64,000 nucleotides of DNA from the human T2T-CHM13v2.0 reference genome, Homo sapiens. The notes below the pieces were generated by a model. That model ran no database searches, was not told where the DNA came from, and saw nothing but the letters and a program-made list of their open reading frames with translations. The DNA lies in assembly GCF_009914755.1 (NCBI RefSeq), contig NC_060925.1. One strand, 5' to 3'. This document shows, one piece after another, positions 56,416-64,000 of the stretch; the stretch's first letter is position 1; every line of letters starts with the position of its first letter. The position numbers and the translations under genes are program-made.

Positions 56416-58497
56416 TCATGATGGAACTTTATACATTATGCACATTGGGCAAAATTACAAGATGGAGCCATGGGAATGAAAAAGTGAATGGAGAGCAAAT
56501 AACCCTGGTTCCTAAGAAGATGGGAGCTCAAGGGCAAGTCTGTAGGCACCGGCTAAGTGGGGAAAGTGGGATATGCCTCTAATAGACAAAGTTGGAAAGG
56601 AGGAAACCAACCTGATGATAGGCCTGCCCCCAGGTAAGGAGCAGTCATCCTAATGCCAAATCCCTGGGGGATGTGACACCCAGGGCAGGACAGCAATGAC
56701 ATCAATTTCCAAAGGTCTTGAAACTTTAAGTGTTGAGGGCACAGTCTCTGACACTGACCATATATGATGGATGGGTTCCTTTCGGTTTCAGGAAAGTTCG
56801 TTTTGCAGGAGGCAGAGACCAGAGAGAGAGGGCAGGGTCCAACCCACTGGAGAAGAGCAGCAGGAGCCAGGCTTGGTGTTTAAACCCCTGCCACATCAGC
56901 AGAGAGCAAGAAAATCTAGGATTAGACAAGATTCAGACATAAACCAGGAACCAGGCAAGAAACTCAACCACATGGACACAGATTATAGGTTTATAGAGAG
57001 GCCTGCAGCTCCCTGGGCAATGGATAACAGTGTTAGGCATCAAACCCCAAACCAGACACCTGCTTTCAGAGCTAAGGGCCTAGTGGACACCAGGCTTCAT
57101 TCTCACCAGCTCAGAGACTGGGCAGGACCAATTCTGCAGAGGGGCAGGGGTGGGGCAGGAAGAGGTTGAAGGAAACCTTAGGATCTATGTTATTTCTCTA
57201 TCAATGACTCAAAAAGAGTCCCTCCATTTTTCACAGATATTTTAAATCCTGAAATGGCAGGGAGGGGACCTTGCAGTGATTTTTACTCTTGTGGATCTTG
57301 GAGTATCATTGTTTGTTTCTTGGCAAGTGACGGAGTCCTACTTAGCTCTGTTCTGAGACAACTAATTAGAGTTGGATATTCAGCGAAGCACAGAAAATAT
57401 GCACAATGGTCAACAAAACTACCCAGAAATCTTGAGTTGACTTTTTTTGTTTTTTTTCTTTGTTATATTTGTTTTTGTATTTATGTGTTCACCTTTGTAT
57501 TTCTAGTATCATTGTCATGGTAGGTACTCAATATGTTTTTATTAAATGAATGAATGATGTTTAGCCAAAATTCACGATCTGATTATTAACCTTTACCTAT
57601 GTAACCTTTTAATACCATGACATAATAGATTATCTGTTACTGATTAAATTTTAGTATACATGGTTACTATGAGAAATGAAACTCTTACAGTCAATGGAAT
57701 GAGGCATTACTGTGTATAATTTTCTAAAATCTTTTGGAAAAATAATAAAATTGGGTGCTTTTAAGTGTATGTTTAAATTAAAAAATAATGTATGCCAGGA
57801 ATATTTGAAGATTTAGTATTTTCTTTTCTACCTGGAGCAAGACTTTAAAAGCTTTATGTTATGCGGGCATTGATTTTCAAAGCTCTGCCTTCAAGTTAGA
57901 AAAAAATCCCTACACAAGGAGTATATTTTCATTGTAGAATTTTTAAAATAAAATGAAGCAAGAAGAATCAAAGTAGCAGAAATAATCTGTAATTCTAATA
58001 CTAAGAGATAATCTATATAAACATTTTGTCTGTATAGATTCCCCCCTTTCATATCTATAATTCTGTCTGCTTGTCTATCTACCTACCTACCTACCATCTG
58101 CTTGTCCCTTCAATCATATATATGTGTGTCTGTGTGAGTGTGTATTTCATTGTGGATGCAAATTTCTGTTGCAAAATGTAATTCTCCCCTCCACATATTC
58201 ACCTCATAAAAAATGAGGTGAATAAAGGAAATATTAGGTGGGTCCAGTCTTGTGGTCAGATGTGTATGTCTGACTCAAAATATAAATTAGGTGTTAATCT
58301 TCTAATATATATGCTATATACTGTCAAAGAGTGATCTCTGGGGAAAATGTGATTATTCATTTTTTATTTCTCTAGAATATTTACTATTTCATTTGAAATT
58401 CTTTCAACTTTTGCTTGAAAAATTGCTTTTTATAGAACGTTTGATGCCGAGTCTCTGAGGGACTCCACTGCAAAAGAGCCACGCCACTTCACACTTC

Positions 58498-58516
58498 TGG
58501 TCTGTAGGTGGCAGTG
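58498..58516 (+). promoter_or_regulatory. Possible CTCF motif, opposite in orientation to the three cassette sites
   Basis: TGGTCTGTAGGTGGCAGTG, an imperfect consensus. Confidence 0.35.
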
Positions 58517-61500
58517 GCCACCATCCTACAGCCGTGAAATCCACTGAGGTCAGGTTTTTTTTAAAAAAAACAAAGATCAACAGGAAACCTCTAAAACAAT
58601 AAAACTCTGTTCATCATTTTGCAACAATATAACTTACAAACTCATTACAGTTATATATCCCACTCTTTTAGACTATTCCATGTTCCTTTCCAGCTAAACG
58701 TTGAAAATTGGGTAAATAGTCCCTTAATTCTGTACTGTCCTCTTTCATCTTTCTCCCATTTTCAGTAGCAAGAGCATTCTGAAGGGCATTTCTACCAATT
58801 TCTGCAATGTGCAGCATGAATGTTGGATGCTAACACCAAATATTGGGGCACACACTTCACTGCACAGCTGGTGATTAATTTATTTTTCCTAGATACACGA
58901 GTTTCAATATCCAAAACTGTTAGACATTGGGAAAACAAGCTTGAGCATGTTATTCTTATAACTTTAGGAAAAGGTGCTAATTACTGGCTAACCTCCAAAG
59001 ATACTGTACTTCAGTGAATATTTTATGTATATTATATATATTTGCATGTCCTTTATATATGTCCTTTCTCTATAAAACATATATAGTCCTATCTGTAATA
59101 AATAATATATACAGAATAAAAATTGAATTCTACTATAAATGTGTTTTTTGCTTAATAATATGTCATGAATATTGATCCCATTGATCAAAGTTTAAATTTT
59201 GAATAGCTATAGCACCTGTTTAGATTTGAATTATATTCTCACTCTCTACCACAGATATGTCATGCTTTGCCAATTAGTATGAAGAGTGGCTTAGAATCAG
59301 GACTGGTATTGTGCCTTCCGTAGCCCTAATAGACTGATAGGTACATTAATTAGTAATGCCTGAATTAAATTAGTGATTAATTCAGTTTCTAGTTTAGTTC
59401 TATTCATACTTGTGTTAAGTGTTAGATATTTTTTAAAGGAATCAAGAAGGTATACAAGTTAGAGAGATGAATTCTGCATAAAACAAAAATCCTAAAAGGT
59501 TATAAACTATTTGCATTTTCACTCAACATTTTACGTGCAACAGTTAGTTCTAGAACACAACAGGAATCTTATCATGCTTCTGGATGGGAAGATGCTGAAC
59601 TGTAATCTGTCTCTGCATTTAACAATAAAATTTAAAGTAAACCTAAAAGAGGTTCGCTCTGATAAATGCAACATATACTACCTTTCATATCAATGGGAAC
59701 ATCAACTAGAGAACACTGATTACACTGTAGGCCCAGCCTGATGTAATTTTTAAAATCTGAAAATTCCTTGATACAGTATTTAGGATTCACCATAAACAAA
59801 AATTAGTCTCACAATATTATCTTCATATTTAAAAAGCATGTGGTTAATATCAATTAGTAATTAATATATAAGTAATAGACTGTAAATATTAAAAATTATA
59901 AAGGTATTGCACTTTCTAACTCTACCCTTTGGCCATGGGAATTAAATACATCTAAATTCTGTATTTAAACATTGAAAAAAGCTCAGATGACTTGAATCTC
60001 TAGGTTTTACAAATCTTTTATAATTTTTAAGAAAACCAGAGTTTTACCTAAACTAAGCAGAGATTTCCACAAGTATATTAATTATTCAATCAAAAAAAAA
60101 TCAGTGTACCAGCCCTTACAAGCTAAAACCCACTTCTATCTAAAAATGACCAGTCATTGGAATTCTCTCGGAGAATGGCAAGAAACTGAAGCAAAATAAA
60201 TAATAAAAGCAATAAAAATTCAAGCACTTTGGCAAAATAGATAATTCACAAATATTTTACCCTTCTAGAGTTCTGTTTTAAATTTCATATAAAGTATTCC
60301 TTTTGAAGAAATTATATTTGAAATATCAATTCTATTTCAACAATTTTCATTACAAAAATAATTTTTGCATAATGCAGTTATTTTTCTATTCTATCAAATG
60401 GTCCAAAATACCACCACAATGTTTATGTATTTACAATGAATATTTTTTAACATGCTATTTTCTACAACGAATGATTCTCCCACTCTTACACTCATTGTTT
60501 GACGTGGAACAAGATGAGCAGAGAGACAAGGGGAGCCATCCTGAAACTGGGCTATTCCACAGACCTGCTCCTTTGAGTCTTAATATCCCAAATACACTGC
60601 CAGTATCATCCAAACTTCTAAAACAGAAAATAACCCAAGAGTTAGCAAACAGCAGGAAATTTCCCTTTTGTGATTTAGTAAGGAAAATTTTCCACTTATA
60701 TTAGCACCTGCCTGAGTTACAATACTAAATACTGCACTTTTAGTTCAATGGTTCTAATCAGCAAAAGCTGTTCAAGAGCCATGAACTTTATGTATTTATT
60801 TTTTTTGAGACTGAGTCTCACTCTGTTTTCCAGGCTGGAGTGCAAAGGCACAATCACGGCTCACTGCAACCTCACTCTCCTGAGGCCTGGGTGACCCTCC
60901 TACCTCAGCCTTCCAAGTAGCTGTTTGTTGTTAGATTAGATTTCTGGTGGCTGAGTCCACAGATGGTCACAATGTGTGGCTATGGCTATGCGTTATAGCA
61001 TAGAAGGAATAGCCAGATGGTTCTAATGCCTAAAGCTTCCTTTTCTGCTTGTCCCTTTTATAAAGCTTGGTTCTTCAACCTCACTGTCAATTTTGTAAGC
61101 TAAGAGTAACTTTCCGACAAGTTTATTTACACCTAAGTTATCTAAAGTCATTTTTTGTTGTTTTCAATTGAGGAGTTTAAGTCATACAGAAAGTGTGAAT
61201 AAGGCCTGGATTGTTGGCAATAGCATCTCAGGAGAATGTGGGGATTCTGAGACTTATTATCTAAGTAATTGGAGGTTGAAGGCAGTAAAAACCAGGCATG
61301 AGACCCTGCAGATTTACAGTACACAAGGTGGCAAAATAGCAAATCAAATTAGAGATTTTTTGGCACTTAAAATAGTATGCTCTTTAAAGACAATGTTTTA
61401 GAGTGTCATGGTGAATTTTCCAAAGAACAGGAAGACGGGTAAAAAGTCAAGGCCTAGAGTTTGTCTAAATAAGTGTAAGCAAAGGGAACAGCGAGCTCAA

Positions 61501-61599
61501 ATCCTTAAATTCTCTTCTTGAGACAGACAAAAGTTTAGCATTTTTCTATCATGGTCCTAACAGTATCTCCTATGCCCCAGGGTAATTAAAAATTGAATT

Positions 61600-62262
61600 C
61601 AAATTTAGATCCAGGTGGCCCCTAATTGAATTTATAGATCCTCCTGGTAACTTAGGTTAAACATATGATCTGGATTAAAAAAAAAAAAAAAGGAAAATAA
61701 TTCCAAGAATGTGAACTTACTGGAATATGCAAAGGACTCCAAGAACCTCAGCATTTCAAACACCCCCTAAACTTCTCTGTGTATTCAAAACCGGCTCCCA
61801 CACATACCACACGTATCTGATGAAATTATTTATCTTTTCATTGAAGCTACAATTCCTTCCTTACATGAGTGAGCCGACTTTCAAACAAGAACCATATTAG
61901 CATTCCTACTTCATTGCCGGTAATATACAAACGGGGTTTGAAAAGCAAGAAGCAACTACTTTAAATATCATTGAAATACAGGTTGGGCACCGTGGCTCAC
62001 ACCTCTAATCCCAGCACTTTGGGAGTTCAAGGCGGGCCGAGCACTTGAGGCCAGGAGATGGAGACGAGGCTGGCCAACATGGAGAAACCCCGTCTCTACA
62101 GAAAATACAAAAATTAGCCGGGTGTGGTGGTGCACGTCTGTAGTCCCAGGTACTAGTGAGGCTGAGGCACAAGAATCGATTGAGCCCAGGGGGAAGGAGG
62201 TCGCAGTGAGCAGAGATCACTCTACTGCACTCCAGCCTAAGCGATACAGCGAGACTCTATCT

Positions 62263-62333
<71 letters not shown>

Positions 62334-63070
62334 AGAGGGAGATAAATACCATGAAAATACAGGGAACAATATTTCAGAAAAATTTCAGGGAGTCCAGTGG
62401 CCTGGCACCTGCCGGGATATCCCTCCATTTCTTCCGCTACTCCTAACAGCAAGTTCTAACACCAAGTGAGTCCCTTCTGCTTTTGGAGGCAGTGTTTGCT
62501 ACATTTGAGTACACTGCCATGAATCATTTACCCATGTCTCCGAGAGGCTTCCAGCTTTAAGCACGACCCTGGGCAAAAGAATCTTTTCCAGATGAGTCAG
62601 GAAATAGTATTGGTCATTTTGCTTCCTGACCTTTATGATCTAGCATATCCAATCATGCTCAAAGAATCTGTAATGGGTCAGAAGACTCAATGGAATCCAT
62701 GGCATTCCTGGATAAATAATAATAATAATAATAATAAAATAAATAAAAAAATTCACAGCGAAGGCATCATAGTTTAAGGCAAAAGTATGCCTTTTTCTGC
62801 TATTGTCCTTTCACTAAGTGGCTCTTAGCTTTCTACTACGCCTTGGTGAATAATAAACATCTAACTGTAAAGCCATAATTGAGCATACAACTTAAAGAGC
62901 ACATTATAAACTAGTGCTATCATACCACACAGCTTTGAAATTTGGAATACTCCATGGTAATCCATCATCAGGTCAAAGTGTTATATGTCAAACCAGGCAT
63001 TTGATAATTCTCATGTCGTAAACAAGTTCTTTGAACGAGTGACTCACAATCCCTTATGCCTATTCCTGAT
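61600..63070 (+). mobile_element. Degenerate ERVL internal remnant, with an Alu (61981-62296) and (AT)n
   Basis: KFQGVQWPGTCRDIP near 62380-62425 resembles the ERVL pol motif. Confidence 0.55.
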
Positions 63071-63294
63071 ACTCTCTCACTACTCTCTCAAACTACCTAT
63101 GCCCTCATCATTGCTCCCTACTAAAAAATACTAAGGAGAAAATAATACAGTAAGATCCTACAAAATATACATGCACCAGCCTGAAGTTCCATGCATACAG
63201 TAGGAACTCAATAAAGATTAATTGACTTGAATTGAATAAAACTGTTTGCAATAACTTTATAATTTCATAAGCTCCATTTTCTCTGATAGAGCAT

Positions 63295-63673
63295 TATCTT
63301 AGTTTGTTTTGTGCTATTATAACAGAATACCTGAAACTGGGTAATTTATAAAGGACAAAAATTTATTCCCTCACAGTTCTGGAGTCTGAGGTGTCCACGA
63401 TCAAGATGCCAGTAGATTAGGTCTCTGGTTCCAAGATTGTGTTCCCTTGCTACTCTCTAGAGTGAAGGAATATTGTGTCTTCACATTGTCGAAGAACAGA
63501 AGAGAGGGAAGCCACTCCTATAAGTTTTTTCTATAGCTGCATTAATTCATTCATTAAAATGGAGTCCTCATGATCTAAACACCTCCCATTAGGTCCCACC
63601 TCCCAACACTGTTGCACTAGGGATTAAGTTTCAACGTGAGTTTTGGAGGTGAAAAAAACATTCAAACCACCAC
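63295..63673 (-). mobile_element. MST/MLT1A-like MaLR LTR
   Basis: tatcttagtttgtttt...ataacagaatacctgaaactgggtaattt...cattcaaaccac. Confidence 0.75.
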
Positions 63674-64000
63674 AAACATATAGAAGAAAAACTCTTTCAG
63701 AGGGCAGAGTTTTGAAAACACCCCTCATCCATATAGCCTCAGAGATGAGTCTGAATAGATTTATGAAGACTGATTAATGGTTTGGCTAGAAAGAAGAAAA
63801 TTGGAGGTTGGTGATGAAAAGTTTCGGAGAACAGATATTTGAAAGGACTCTCAGAATGAGCACAGATATCAGCATATCAGCTACCTAGTAGGAGGCTTAT
63901 TGTATTGAATTCCACTCACAATGAAAGAAGAGCAATTTGTTCTTGCTTAATATCCTTATCCTGGGATTGATTATCTTTATTTGTCTCTCTCTCCATGTTA

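Noticed and set aside
57237-57523. Acceptor-like site followed by an 89-aa hydrophobic ORF
   Set aside because: No recognisable homology, and the hydrophobic tail comes from T-rich low-complexity DNA.

Overview
Primate (very likely human, given an AluYa5-lineage insertion) repeat-rich intergenic-type DNA with no intact protein-coding gene that I can support. Recognisable items are a processed HMGCS1 pseudogene (3947-7803) with a foreign 5' segment inside its TSDs, a processed RPS7 pseudogene (43954-44630), a full THE1A MaLR provirus, a class I ERV gag-pro-pol remnant, ERVL remnants, many Alu/L1/L2/MIR/MLT copies, large purine-rich microsatellites and an orphan CpG island sitting inside an old L1. 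Beneath the repeats is an old, locally duplicated cassette: copy A (549-13316, +), fragment D (18255-18760, +), copy B (33270-40600, +) and inverted copy C (43180-46178). Its parts, each in two or three copies, are a ~93%-conserved promoter-like core with an ATG/signal-peptide-like exon, a decayed exon-like block of unknown family, an invariant CTCF motif, a TATA promoter and unprocessed RALGDS-like exons. All family assignments come from recalled consensus or protein sequences and hand alignment, not database searches; repeat boundaries are approximate.
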